Source of the DNA: an uncultured Acidobacteriota bacterium
GTDB lineage: Bacteria > Acidobacteriota > Thermoanaerobaculia > Multivoradales > UBA5704
Assembly (NCBI GenBank): GCA_963770895.1
Contig: CAVYRF010000001.1
Coordinates: 832,001 to 896,000, forward strand
Reading direction: 5' to 3'
Length of the DNA stretch: 64,000 bases
Part shown: positions 1-8,877 of the stretch, piece after piece
How the letters are laid out: the number at the start of each line of letters is the position of its first letter
How positions within the stretch are numbered: position 1 is the stretch's first letter
The notes under the pieces: model-generated
Databases searched by the model: none
Told to the model about the DNA's origin: nothing
Seen by the model: the letters and a program-made list of their open reading frames with translations, nothing else
Program-made: the position numbers and the translations under genes

Positions 1-827
1 ACCCGCAGCAGCATCACCTGAACTTCGGCTGGCGTTTCGCCGATCTCGTCCAGGAACAGCGTGCCGCCGTGCGCGCGGCTGAAGTAGCCCTGGCGCTGCC
101 GGTCGGCGCCGGTAAACGCGCCGCGCGCGGCGCCGAACAGCTCCGCGCCCGCCAGCGCCGCGGGGATCGCCCCCATGTTGACGGCCAGGAAGGGGCGGTT
201 GCGGCGCGGTCCCGCGGCGTGCAGGGCGCGCGCCACCACCTCCTTGCCGGTACCGGTTTCGCCGCTCAGCAGCACCGACAGATCCAGCGGCGCGACGCGC
301 AGGATTTCGCGCCGCAGCCGCACGATGCCGGGGCTCGCGCCCACCAGGCCGCAGTCGGCGAGCGGCTCGGCCAGCACTTCGACCGGGGAAAGCAGCAGGA
401 CCACGCGGCCCGCCAGCAGCAGCACCACGCCGCGCGCGATGTCTGACGCCGGGATCTCGCGTTCGCCGGCGACCGCCTCGCCGCCGGCGACCACGGCGGT
501 GCGGCTGGCCTGGCAGCGCAGCACGACGGCTCCGGGCGTCCCCCCGGGCGCCAATTCGATCGGCTGGCGGCTCAGATGAATGTCGTCCAGCGGCCGGCGC
601 AGCCCCTGCCCCGGCTGAGCAAACAGCAGCTCGCCGCGCGCCACGCGCTCGACCTGCCCGGCGGCTAGGCCAAGAAGCGCCGCGCGCTCGCCCACGCGGC
701 GCGCGTCGGGGTGCGCCAGGATCGTCAGCCCCGGCACCAGCGCCGCCGCCGCCGGTAAACCGGCGCCGCTCTGGGACCGCGTCTCCAGGCCCAACCTGTC
801 GACCGTCTCCTCGCTGCTATGAGGCAC
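1..827 (-). CDS. Sigma-54-dependent transcriptional activator (AAA+ enhancer-binding protein), truncated at the window edge
   Basis: Not in the ORF track. Manual minus-strand translation gives Walker A GETGTGKE (~241-266), GAFTGA (~108-125) and GGTLFLDEIGE (~37-69). Probable in-frame GTG start at 827. Confidence 0.9.
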   Translation of the reverse strand, partial: MPHSSEETVDRLGLETRSQSGAGLPAAAALVPGLTILAHPDARRVGERAALLGLAAGQVERVARGELLFAQPGQGLRRPLDDIHLSRQPIELAPGGTPGAVVLRCQASRTAVVAGGEAVAGEREIPASDIARGVVLLLAGRVVLLLSPVEVLAEPLADCGLVGASPGIVRLRREILRVAPLDLSVLLSGETGTGKEVVARALHAAGPRRNRPFLAVNMGAIPAALAGAELFGAARGAFTGADRQRQGYFSRAHGGTLFLDEIGETPAEVQVMLLR

Positions 828-892
828 ATAAGAAATCTACAGGGCGCTCGGCACGCATGCAAGGCGCACCGCTCGCGCCGCTTGCGTCTCCA

Positions 893-3112
893 CTAGTCGA
901 AGGGGAGAGGTGCTGGTGTCCAGGCAGGGGGTGCCCGGCGCAGGGCTGCGCGAAGGCTGGCCTGGCGCTCGGGCGCTCCGGGGTCCTGTGGCCGCAGGCG
1001 GGCGAGCGCGGCATCCGCCGTGCCGGCCAGCTCCCAGCGTCGCGCCTGGAGGGCCAGGGCGAACTCGTCGGCGAGCGGGCGCGGATCGGCCGGTGCCGTT
1101 GCCCGCGCGGCGGCGAGCGCGGCCAGGGCCTGGGCCAGCGCGGCGGCATCGCGGCCCGCCCCCCATCGCCGGCGCAGCAGCTCGGCCAGCAGCAGCGCGC
1201 CGGGGACGAAACGCGGCGAGCCGGCGCACACGGCGCGCGCCGCGGCAAGGTCGGCATCTGTCGGAGCGCCGTCCGGCGCCAGGGCCAAGCGCAGTCCGAG
1301 ATAGCGTTGGAAATCGCCCGGCGCCACGGCGAGCGTCGCGGCGCCGGCACGGTCGGGCAGCGAATGGTTCGCCCACGCGCGCCGCAGGTAGCGCTCCGCC
1401 GCCGCCGCCAGGACGTAGGCATCGCCCGCCGGGGTTTCCCACCTCTGCGTCCAGAGGACGCTGCCGTCGCGTCCCGAGATGCGGCTCACCCAGACCTCGC
1501 ACGTGTCGGGCTGGCAGCGGAGGTGCGAGGTCACCACCTCGCCGGCCCCCGCGGCACGTGCTACCGCAACCGGCGAGCGGTCGGCGGCGCGGTCCACCGC
1601 CGCTTGCGGTGCCACCATGATGCCGTCGAGCGCCGCGATGGCATCGGCGAGCGCCACCCGCAGGGCCGCCGCCAGCGGCGCCGATCCGCCCGTGCCGCTG
1701 CCGGGAGTGACGACCGGCGGCGCCACCGCCACGGTGAGCGTGGGCCCGGCGCGCGGCCACCACCACCAAACCAGGATGCCGCCTGCGACCAAAAAGGCCG
1801 TGGCGAGCGCGGCGGCCAAGCCCCGGCGGCCACGCAAAACGCGCAGGGCTCGCGTCGTCAGACGCGACGCGACGCCTGAGGACAACGGTATCGGCGGCGT
1901 TGGCGCAACCGTGACGGGCACCGCCACGCCCGATGGCGCAACGGTGACCGGCACCGCCAGGGCTGTTGTAGGTACAGCGGAGGCTGGCACCGGCAGGGCC
2001 GGCGGTGCAACGGCGGCTGGCATCGCCAGGGCCATTTGAGCATCTGTGGCCGGCATAGCCAGGGTTGGCGGCGCATCAACGTCCGGCATCGCTATGGCCG
2101 GAGGCGCAGCGGCGGCTGGCACCGCTATGGCCGGAGGCGCAGCGGCGGCTGGCATCGCCAGGGCCATTTGAGCATCTGTGGCCGGCATAGCCAGGGTTGG
2201 CGGCGCATCAACGTCCGGCATCGCTATGGCCGGAGGCGCAGCGGCGGCTGGCACCGCTATGGCCGGAGGCGCAGCGGCGGCTGGCATCGCCAGGGCCGGA
2301 GGCGCAGCGGCGGCTGGCACCGCCAGGACCGGCGGCGCACTGCCGGCCGGCACCGCCGCGGCCGGCGGCGACGGCATGGCGGTTGCGCCGCTCAGCACCG
2401 TCGCGGCTTCGGCGGCGCTGGGTGGGTGTGGCGCGGTCGCGGCCGCGAGCAGCCCAGCGATCAGGTCCGAGATCGCAGGCTCAGGTTTGCTGCCTGGGCT
2501 GCCGGCGGCGCCGTCGAGCAGATCGCGCAGCAGGACGCCGAGCGCCGCCAGGTCTGCGCGCTCGGCGTCCGCCATCTCGCCGGGCGCGCCGGGCACGGCC
2601 GCCGGGAAGAGGCGGCGCGCGAAGCCAAAGTCCAGGATCTTGACTTGCCCGGCGGGTGCGACTTTCACCTTGTCGGCGCGCAGATTGCCGTGCGCCATGC
2701 CCCCGGCGTGCGCCGCCGCCAGGCCGGAAGCCAGCTGGGCCGCGAGCCGCAGGGCCGCCCCCAGGTCGCCGCCCGCGCCGTCCACACGCGCACCGTGAAC
2801 GGGCGATCCGGTGCGCCATGCCGGCAGGCTCTCACCCGCGGCGAGCTCCATCACCAGGACGTCGGTGCCGCCGTCCTCGAGCAAGGCGTGGATGGATACG
2901 ATCGCCGGGTGGTCCAGCGCCGCCGCCGCGCGCGCCGCCTCCCGGAACCGCTCGCGCAATGCAGCATCGCGCGCCAGGGCGGGGTGCAGGCGCTGCAGCG
3001 CGACGGGCCGCCGCAGCACTTCGTCCCAGGCGCGAAAGACCTCGCCGGTGCGTCCGCCGCCCAGCCGTTCCTCGATACGGTACGGCCCGATGCGCGGCGG
3101 TAGGGCAGCCAT
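893..3112 (-). CDS. Ser/Thr kinase-like protein (probable pseudokinase) with Pro/Ala repeat linker, one TM helix and an extracytoplasmic C-terminal domain
   Basis: YRIEERLGGGRTGEVFRAWD Gly-loop and KILDFG present. VALQ replaces VAxK and HGNLRADK replaces HRDLKxxN. TM segment LAAALATAFLVAGGILVWWWW. Confidence 0.85.
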   Translation of the reverse strand: MAALPPRIGPYRIEERLGGGRTGEVFRAWDEVLRRPVALQRLHPALARDAALRERFREAARAAAALDHPAIVSIHALLEDGGTDVLVMELAAGESLPAWRTGSPVHGARVDGAGGDLGAALRLAAQLASGLAAAHAGGMAHGNLRADKVKVAPAGQVKILDFGFARRLFPAAVPGAPGEMADAERADLAALGVLLRDLLDGAAGSPGSKPEPAISDLIAGLLAAATAPHPPSAAEAATVLSGATAMPSPPAAAVPAGSAPPVLAVPAAAAPPALAMPAAAAPPAIAVPAAAAPPAIAMPDVDAPPTLAMPATDAQMALAMPAAAAPPAIAVPAAAAPPAIAMPDVDAPPTLAMPATDAQMALAMPAAVAPPALPVPASAVPTTALAVPVTVAPSGVAVPVTVAPTPPIPLSSGVASRLTTRALRVLRGRRGLAAALATAFLVAGGILVWWWWPRAGPTLTVAVAPPVVTPGSGTGGSAPLAAALRVALADAIAALDGIMVAPQAAVDRAADRSPVAVARAAGAGEVVTSHLRCQPDTCEVWVSRISGRDGSVLWTQRWETPAGDAYVLAAAAERYLRRAWANHSLPDRAGAATLAVAPGDFQRYLGLRLALAPDGAPTDADLAAARAVCAGSPRFVPGALLLAELLRRRWGAGRDAAALAQALAALAAARATAPADPRPLADEFALALQARRWELAGTADAALARLRPQDPGAPERQASLRAALRRAPPAWTPAPLPFD
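2021..2330. repeat. Intragenic tandem repeat of 33-bp (11-aa) units, including a 132-bp direct duplication
   Basis: catcgccagggccatttgagcatctgtggcc... begins at 2021 and again at 2153. It encodes AMPAAAAPPAI-type units. Confidence 0.9.
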
Positions 3113-3305
3113 GTCGGATCGCGCCGCCGCATGCCGGCCGGCGCCCGATCACCGATCACGATACCACCGCCGAACGTCGCCGAAGGACTGGCAAGCGCCC
3201 TCGCGCGCGGAGCGCCGCCGCCTAGGATCATGCATTCATTGCAATTACGCTGTTGACAGCAGTGAGACACTACCGATGGTCGTTATTCCATCAAAAGGAG
3301 CGCCC

Positions 3306-6300
3306 TTGCGATCATCCTGGTCGAAATCCGTTCGTGTGTTCCTCGGCGGCGAGAGCAATCCTTCGCGGCGCTCGCACCGGGCGTCGCGGCGAGTGCGGGT
3401 CGGTGTCTCTGCGTTCTGCGTGATCGGCGCGTGGGCGGTCGCCGGGCCGGCATCGGCGCAGATCCAGCGCGTCATCGTCAACCCCAGCTTCGAAGATCGC
3501 CTGCTGCCGCCGGCGCCCGTTTCGCTGATGCCGCTGCCGCACAACAACTTTGTCGAGGTCGACGAATCCTGGGTTCCGGGCTGGCTCACGACGGCGCCAG
3601 TGGTCAACGGCGGCTGTCCGGCGCCGATGGCGAACTGCCGGCCGATCGAGATGTGGTCGACGCCGTTTCTGGGCATCACCGCTCCCGACGGCATCGTCAC
3701 CGCGGAACTGAACGCCTACAACTTCGGCATGTTGTACCAGACCGTCTGCATGACGTCGGGAGAGACGCTGGTGTGGAGCTTCGACCACCACGGCCGGGCG
3801 GGCACCGACACGGCGGCGTTTCGCCTGGGCATTCCCACCGGGTTGCCGGCCGGCTCGAAGCCGCCGGATACCTATAGCTTTCCCATCGCCCAGGCGGCGA
3901 CGCCCAACAACGGCACGGTGGGGACGGTGACCAATCTGGACCCGACCCACGGCACGGTCAACGCGCCGGTCGTGGTGACCAACGGCTGGACCAAATATTC
4001 AGGCACCTACACCTTTCCGGGAGCGAGCGGCCTGGCCAATCTCGGCTTCGTGGCCATCGCCGCCGCCGGCGGCAACATCGCGGTCGGCAACGAGCTGGAC
4101 GCGATCGTGATCCAGCTTTCGCCCTACGTGGAATTCAGCGCCTCCAACTTCGCCATCGACAACAACGCCACCAACGTCGCCCCGACGGTGACCATCGCCG
4201 GCAGCGTCCCCGCCGGCGGCGTCGCGATCACCGTCGACGTCACCGGCGGCACCGCCGTGCTGGGCACGGATTACGTGCTCGGCGTCGGCGGCGATCCCCG
4301 CCTGAGCGCGATTTCGAGCACCGCCAACTCGGTGACGTTCACGATTCCCGCCGGCTTCTACAGCAGCGCGGAGGGCGGCAACGTCTTTACCATCCCGCTT
4401 GAAGCCATCGCTTCGCAGGCTCAACTTTCGACGCTCACCTTCGCCGTCGTGCCCGGCGGCGCCCAATACACGGTGGCGAGCACCGTGACCTGCGGCGCGC
4501 CCGCCCTGGGCACGACGGCGCTGACCATCACCGAAACGCCGCAGATCGGCCTGGTCAAGAGCGCCAGCTCCACCGGCTTCGTGGTCGGAGTGCCGGCCAG
4601 CTACACCCTGACGGTGACCAACACCGGCACGGTGACGACGACGCCTGCCGCGGCGACGGTCACCGACACCGTGCCAGCCCTGCTGACCCTCGGCCCCATG
4701 CCGGCGGGCTGCACGTCGGCCGGCCAGACGGTGACGTGCACCGTCCCGGCCGGATTGGCCGCGGGCCAGCTGGTGAGCTTCGTCATCCCGGTGACGCCGC
4801 AGGCGGGCGCCAACGGCACGACGCTGACCAATACCGCGGTGGTCGCCGGCGGCGGCGATCCCAACTGTCCAGCGGGCGCGGAGTGCACCGGCGCCGTATC
4901 GACCCCGGTCGCCGCGCCGCAGCTCACCCTGGTCAAGAGTGCCGGCGCCCCCAGCTTCGTGGTCGGGGTGCCGGCAAGTTACACCCTCCAGGTGACCAAC
5001 ACCGGCACCGCGACCACCACCGCGGCGGCGACGGTGACCGACGTGGTTCCCACCGTGCTCACGCCCGGCACGATGCCGGCGGGCTGCGCCGCCGCCGGCC
5101 AGACGGTCACCTGCACGGTGCCGGCAGGGCTGGCCGCCGGCCAGCTGGTCAGCTTCGTGATCCCGGTGACGCCGCTCGGCGCGGCGGGCGGGACCAATGT
5201 CACCAACAGCGCCACCGTCAACGGCGGCGGCGATCCCTCCTGCCCCGCGGCGGCGCACTGCGCCGGCACGGTGCAGACCGCCGTCGCCGAGCCGCAGCTG
5301 ACGCTGCAGAAGAGCACCGGCGCGCCGGCATTCGTGCTCGGCGTCCCGGCCAGCTATACCCTCGCGATCAGCAATACCGGCACCGCCGCGACGACCGCGC
5401 CGGCGACCATCACCGACAACGTTCCCGCCCAGCTGGCGCTGGGCACGCTCCCCGCAGGCTGCCAGGCCGTCAGCCAGACGGTCACCTGCACCGTGCCGGC
5501 CGGCCTGGCGCCGGGGCAGTTGGTGAGCTTCGTCCTGCCGGTCACGCCGCTGGCGGCCGGGGCCGGCACCACCGCCACCAATACCGCGACCGCCGCCGGC
5601 GGCGGCGACCCGTCCTGCCCGGCCGCGACGCGCTGCGCCGCGACCGTGACGACGCCGATCGAAGCGCCGCAGCTGACCCTGCTCAAGAGCCCGAGCGACG
5701 GCAGCTTCGTGGTCGGCGTGGCGGCCAGCTACACCCTGGTGGTGACCAATACCGGCACCTCGCCGACGACCGCCGCGGCGACGATCACCGACAACGTTCC
5801 CGCCCTGCTGACCGTGGGCGCTCCTCCCGCGGGCTGCGTTGCCAGCGGCCAGACCGTCACCTGCACCGTGGCCGCCGGCCTGGCGGCGGGACGGGCGGTG
5901 AGCTTCGTCATCCCGGTCACGCCGCAGCCGGCCGCCGCCGGCACCACCGCCGCCAACACCGCGACGGCCTCGGGCGGCGGCGACCCGTCCTGTCCGGCGG
6001 CGGACCACTGCACCTCGACCGTCGACACGCCGGTCGACGCGCCGCAGCTGACCGTGGTCAAGAGCCCCAGCTCGTCGAGCTTCGTCGTCGACGTGCCGGC
6101 CAGCTACACCCTGACGGTCACCAACACCGGCACCGCGGCGACGACGGCGGCGGCGACGATCGTCGACAACGTCCCCGCGCTCCTGACGGTGGGGGCCGCT
6201 CCCGCGGGCTGCACCGCCAGCGGTCAGACCGTCACCTGCACCGTGCCAGCCGGCCTGGCGACGGGGCAGGTGGTGAGCTTCGTGATCCCGGTGACGCCGC

Positions 6301-8777
6301 AGGCCGCCGCCGCCGGCACCACCGCCGCCAACACCGCCACGGCTTCCGGCGGCGGTGACCCGTCCTGTCCGGCGGCGGCGCACTGCACGTCCACCAACAA
6401 CACGCCGGTCGGGGCGCCGCAGCTGACGCTGGTCAAGAGCGCGAGCGACACCAGCTTCGTCGTCGGCGTGGCAGCCAGCTACACCCTGACGGTCACCAAC
6501 ACCGGCACCGCGGCGACGACCGCGCCGGCGACCGTCGCCGACAACGTCCCCGGCCTGCTGACCGTGGGGACCTTGCCCGCGGGCTGCACCGGCAGCGGCC
6601 AGGCCGTCTCCTGCACCGTGCCAGCCGGCCTGGCGACGGGACAGGTGGTGAGCTTCGTGATTCCGGTGACGCCGCAGGCCGGCGCCGACGGCACCACCGC
6701 CGCCAACACCGCGACGGCCTCGGGCGGCGGCGACCCGTCCTGTCCTGGCGCGACCCACTGCACCAGCACGGTCGACACGCCGGTCCATGCGCCGCACCTG
6801 AGCCTGGTCAAGACCGCCAGCGACGCCAGCTTCGTCGTCGGCGTGCCGGCCAGCTACACCCTGACCGTCACCAACACCGGCACCGCGGCGACGACCGCGC
6901 CGGTGCTGGTCAGCGACAACGTTCCCGGCCTGTTGACCGTGGGGACCTTGCCGGCGGGCTGCACCGGCAGCGGCCAGGCCGTCGTCTGCACCATACCCGC
7001 CGGCCTGGCGGCGGGGCAGGTGATCAGCTTCGTCATCCCGGTGACGCCGCTGCCGGCAGCCTCGGGCACCAGCGCCGCCAACACCGCGACGGCCTCGGGC
7101 GGCGGCGATCCGGCGTGCCCGGCCGCCGCTCCTTGCACGTCGACCGTCACGACGCCGGTGGAAGCGCCGCAGCTGACGCTGGTCAAGGCTCCCAGCGCGG
7201 CCAGCTTCGTCGTCGGCGTGCCGGCAAGCTACACCTTGACCCTGACCAATACCGGCACCGCGGCGACGACGGCGGCGGCGACGGTCGTCGACAACGTCCC
7301 CGGCGTGCTCGCCGTCGGCACGCCGCCCGCGGGCTGCGTCGCCAGCGGCCAGACCGTCACCTGCACGGTTGCCGCCGGCCTGGCGACGGGGCAGGGGGCG
7401 AGCTTCGTCATCCCGGTGACGCCGCTCGCCGATGCCAGCGGCACCACCGCCAGCAATACGGCGACGGCCTCGGGCGGCGGCGACCCGTCCTGTCCCGCGG
7501 CGGCGCAGTGCAGCAGCACCGTGACGACGCCGGTCGACGCGCCGCAGCTGACGCTGGTCAAGACGGCCAGCGCCGCCAGCTTCGTCATCGGCGTGCCGGC
7601 CAGCTACACCCTGACCGTGACCAATACCGGCACCGCGGCGACGACGGCGGAGGCCACCGTCACCGACGCCGTGCCGGCGGTGTTCGCCCTGGGCTCCTCC
7701 CTGCCCGCCGCTTGCACGGCGACCGGCCAGAACGTCACCTGCGCCATCGCGGGCGGTCTGGCCGCCGGTCAGAGCGTCAGCTTCGTGATTCCGGTGACGC
7801 CCCTGGCGGGCGCCGCCGGCAGCACCATCACCAACACCGCCACGGTCTCGGGCGGCGGCGATCCCAGCTGCCCGGCGGCGGCGCACTGCACCAGCACCGT
7901 CGGCAGCCCTGTCGGCGCGCCGCAGCTCCTGGTGACCAAGACCGCCAGCGCGGCAAGCTTCAGCATGGGTATGCCGGCCACCTACACCATCACGGTCACC
8001 GACACCGGCTCGGCGGCGACGACGGCGGCGGCGACGGTGACCGACAACGTGCCTTCCAACCTGGCGTTGGGCGCCATGCCCACCGGCTGCACGGCTTCAG
8101 GTCAGCTGGTCACCTGCACCGTGGCGGCGGGCCTCGCGGCCGGCCAGTCGCAGAGCTTCGTCCTGCCGGTCACGCCGGCCGCCGCCGCCAGCGGCGCCGT
8201 GGTCACCAACACGGCGACCGTGTCGGGCGGCGGCGACCCCACCTGTCCGGCGGCGGCACACTGCGCCGGCACGATCGCGGTTCCGGTCAACGCGCCGGAG
8301 CTCAGCCTGGCCAAGACCGCCAGCGTCACCAGCTTCACCCTCGGCGTTCCCGCCAGCTACACCCTGACCGTCACCAACAACGGTACTCTGGCGACCACCG
8401 CGGCCGCCACCGTCACCGACAACGTGCCCCAGGGCCTGGCGGTCGGCGCCCTGCCGGCCGGCTGTGTCGCATCCGGCCAGACCGTCACCTGCACCGTCGC
8501 GGCCGGCCTCGGCCTGGGCCAGGCCGTCAGCTTCGTCATTCCGGTGACGCTGCAGATGTCCACCGCCGCCGCGCTCAGCAACACCGCGACGCTCGCCGGC
8601 GGCGGCGACAGCACCTGCCCGATGGCGGCACGCTGCGCCGCGACCGTCGTCGTGCCCGCGGCCGCCGGCATTCCGACCCTCTCCACATGGGGTCTGGCGG
8701 CGCTGGCGCTGCTGCTGGCCGGGGTCGGCGCGGGCATGTTGCGGCTGCGGCGGCACCACCGCGGAGACCCGGCTTGA
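3306..8777 (+). CDS. Giant surface protein: N-terminal globular domain, 11 DUF11-like Ig repeats and an IPTL-CTERM sorting signal
   Basis: The track ORF 2811..8777 is over-extended; TTG at 3306 follows AAAGGAG. Signal peptide ends GPASA-Q. C-terminus is IPTLSTWGLAALALLLAGVGAGMLRLRR. Confidence 0.9.
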   Translation: MRSSWSKSVRVFLGGESNPSRRSHRASRRVRVGVSAFCVIGAWAVAGPASAQIQRVIVNPSFEDRLLPPAPVSLMPLPHNNFVEVDESWVPGWLTTAPVVNGGCPAPMANCRPIEMWSTPFLGITAPDGIVTAELNAYNFGMLYQTVCMTSGETLVWSFDHHGRAGTDTAAFRLGIPTGLPAGSKPPDTYSFPIAQAATPNNGTVGTVTNLDPTHGTVNAPVVVTNGWTKYSGTYTFPGASGLANLGFVAIAAAGGNIAVGNELDAIVIQLSPYVEFSASNFAIDNNATNVAPTVTIAGSVPAGGVAITVDVTGGTAVLGTDYVLGVGGDPRLSAISSTANSVTFTIPAGFYSSAEGGNVFTIPLEAIASQAQLSTLTFAVVPGGAQYTVASTVTCGAPALGTTALTITETPQIGLVKSASSTGFVVGVPASYTLTVTNTGTVTTTPAAATVTDTVPALLTLGPMPAGCTSAGQTVTCTVPAGLAAGQLVSFVIPVTPQAGANGTTLTNTAVVAGGGDPNCPAGAECTGAVSTPVAAPQLTLVKSAGAPSFVVGVPASYTLQVTNTGTATTTAAATVTDVVPTVLTPGTMPAGCAAAGQTVTCTVPAGLAAGQLVSFVIPVTPLGAAGGTNVTNSATVNGGGDPSCPAAAHCAGTVQTAVAEPQLTLQKSTGAPAFVLGVPASYTLAISNTGTAATTAPATITDNVPAQLALGTLPAGCQAVSQTVTCTVPAGLAPGQLVSFVLPVTPLAAGAGTTATNTATAAGGGDPSCPAATRCAATVTTPIEAPQLTLLKSPSDGSFVVGVAASYTLVVTNTGTSPTTAAATITDNVPALLTVGAPPAGCVASGQTVTCTVAAGLAAGRAVSFVIPVTPQPAAAGTTAANTATASGGGDPSCPAADHCTSTVDTPVDAPQLTVVKSPSSSSFVVDVPASYTLTVTNTGTAATTAAATIVDNVPALLTVGAAPAGCTASGQTVTCTVPAGLATGQVVSFVIPVTPQAAAAGTTAANTATASGGGDPSCPAAAHCTSTNNTPVGAPQLTLVKSASDTSFVVGVAASYTLTVTNTGTAATTAPATVADNVPGLLTVGTLPAGCTGSGQAVSCTVPAGLATGQVVSFVIPVTPQAGADGTTAANTATASGGGDPSCPGATHCTSTVDTPVHAPHLSLVKTASDASFVVGVPASYTLTVTNTGTAATTAPVLVSDNVPGLLTVGTLPAGCTGSGQAVVCTIPAGLAAGQVISFVIPVTPLPAASGTSAANTATASGGGDPACPAAAPCTSTVTTPVEAPQLTLVKAPSAASFVVGVPASYTLTLTNTGTAATTAAATVVDNVPGVLAVGTPPAGCVASGQTVTCTVAAGLATGQGASFVIPVTPLADASGTTASNTATASGGGDPSCPAAAQCSSTVTTPVDAPQLTLVKTASAASFVIGVPASYTLTVTNTGTAATTAEATVTDAVPAVFALGSSLPAACTATGQNVTCAIAGGLAAGQSVSFVIPVTPLAGAAGSTITNTATVSGGGDPSCPAAAHCTSTVGSPVGAPQLLVTKTASAASFSMGMPATYTITVTDTGSAATTAAATVTDNVPSNLALGAMPTGCTASGQLVTCTVAAGLAAGQSQSFVLPVTPAAAASGAVVTNTATVSGGGDPTCPAAAHCAGTIAVPVNAPELSLAKTASVTSFTLGVPASYTLTVTNNGTLATTAAATVTDNVPQGLAVGALPAGCVASGQTVTCTVAAGLGLGQAVSFVIPVTLQMSTAAALSNTATLAGGGDSTCPMAARCAATVVVPAAAGIPTLSTWGLAALALLLAGVGAGMLRLRRHHRGDPA
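4540..8660 (+). repeat. Eleven ~375-bp (~125-aa) tandem DUF11-like repeats, each with 4 Cys
   Basis: PQLTLVKS...SYTLTVTNTG...GC...VTCTV...GGGDPSCP..C recurs near 4540, 4916, 5291, 5666, 6041, 6416, 6791, 7166, 7541, 7919 and 8294. Confidence 0.9.
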
Positions 8778-8877
8778 CAGCACCGCGGTAGCGGCCCGGC
8801 CTGTGCGCATCACGCCAGGGAACCGGCCTGCGCGCGGCCCGCGGCTGGCGGCGCGCAGGCCGGGCGTGTCGCGCCGG

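Noticed and set aside
3253-3290. TTGACA boxes at 3253 and 29362
   Set aside because: No convincing -10 element at 16-18 nt spacing.
2811-3305. 5' extension of the 1988-aa track ORF
   Set aside because: It overlaps the divergent kinase gene; the RBS and signal peptide point to a start near 3306.
3999-7886. Very long Arg/Gly-rich alternative ORFs (also 8803..11397, 38181..41348, 61730..63931)
   Set aside because: Stop-poor shadow frames of real high-GC genes, with no motifs.
4601-8737. Series of ~110-aa minus-strand ORFs every 375 bp that look like a gene array or CRISPR
   Set aside because: They are antisense shadows of the DUF11 repeats; there are no short repeats with unique spacers.
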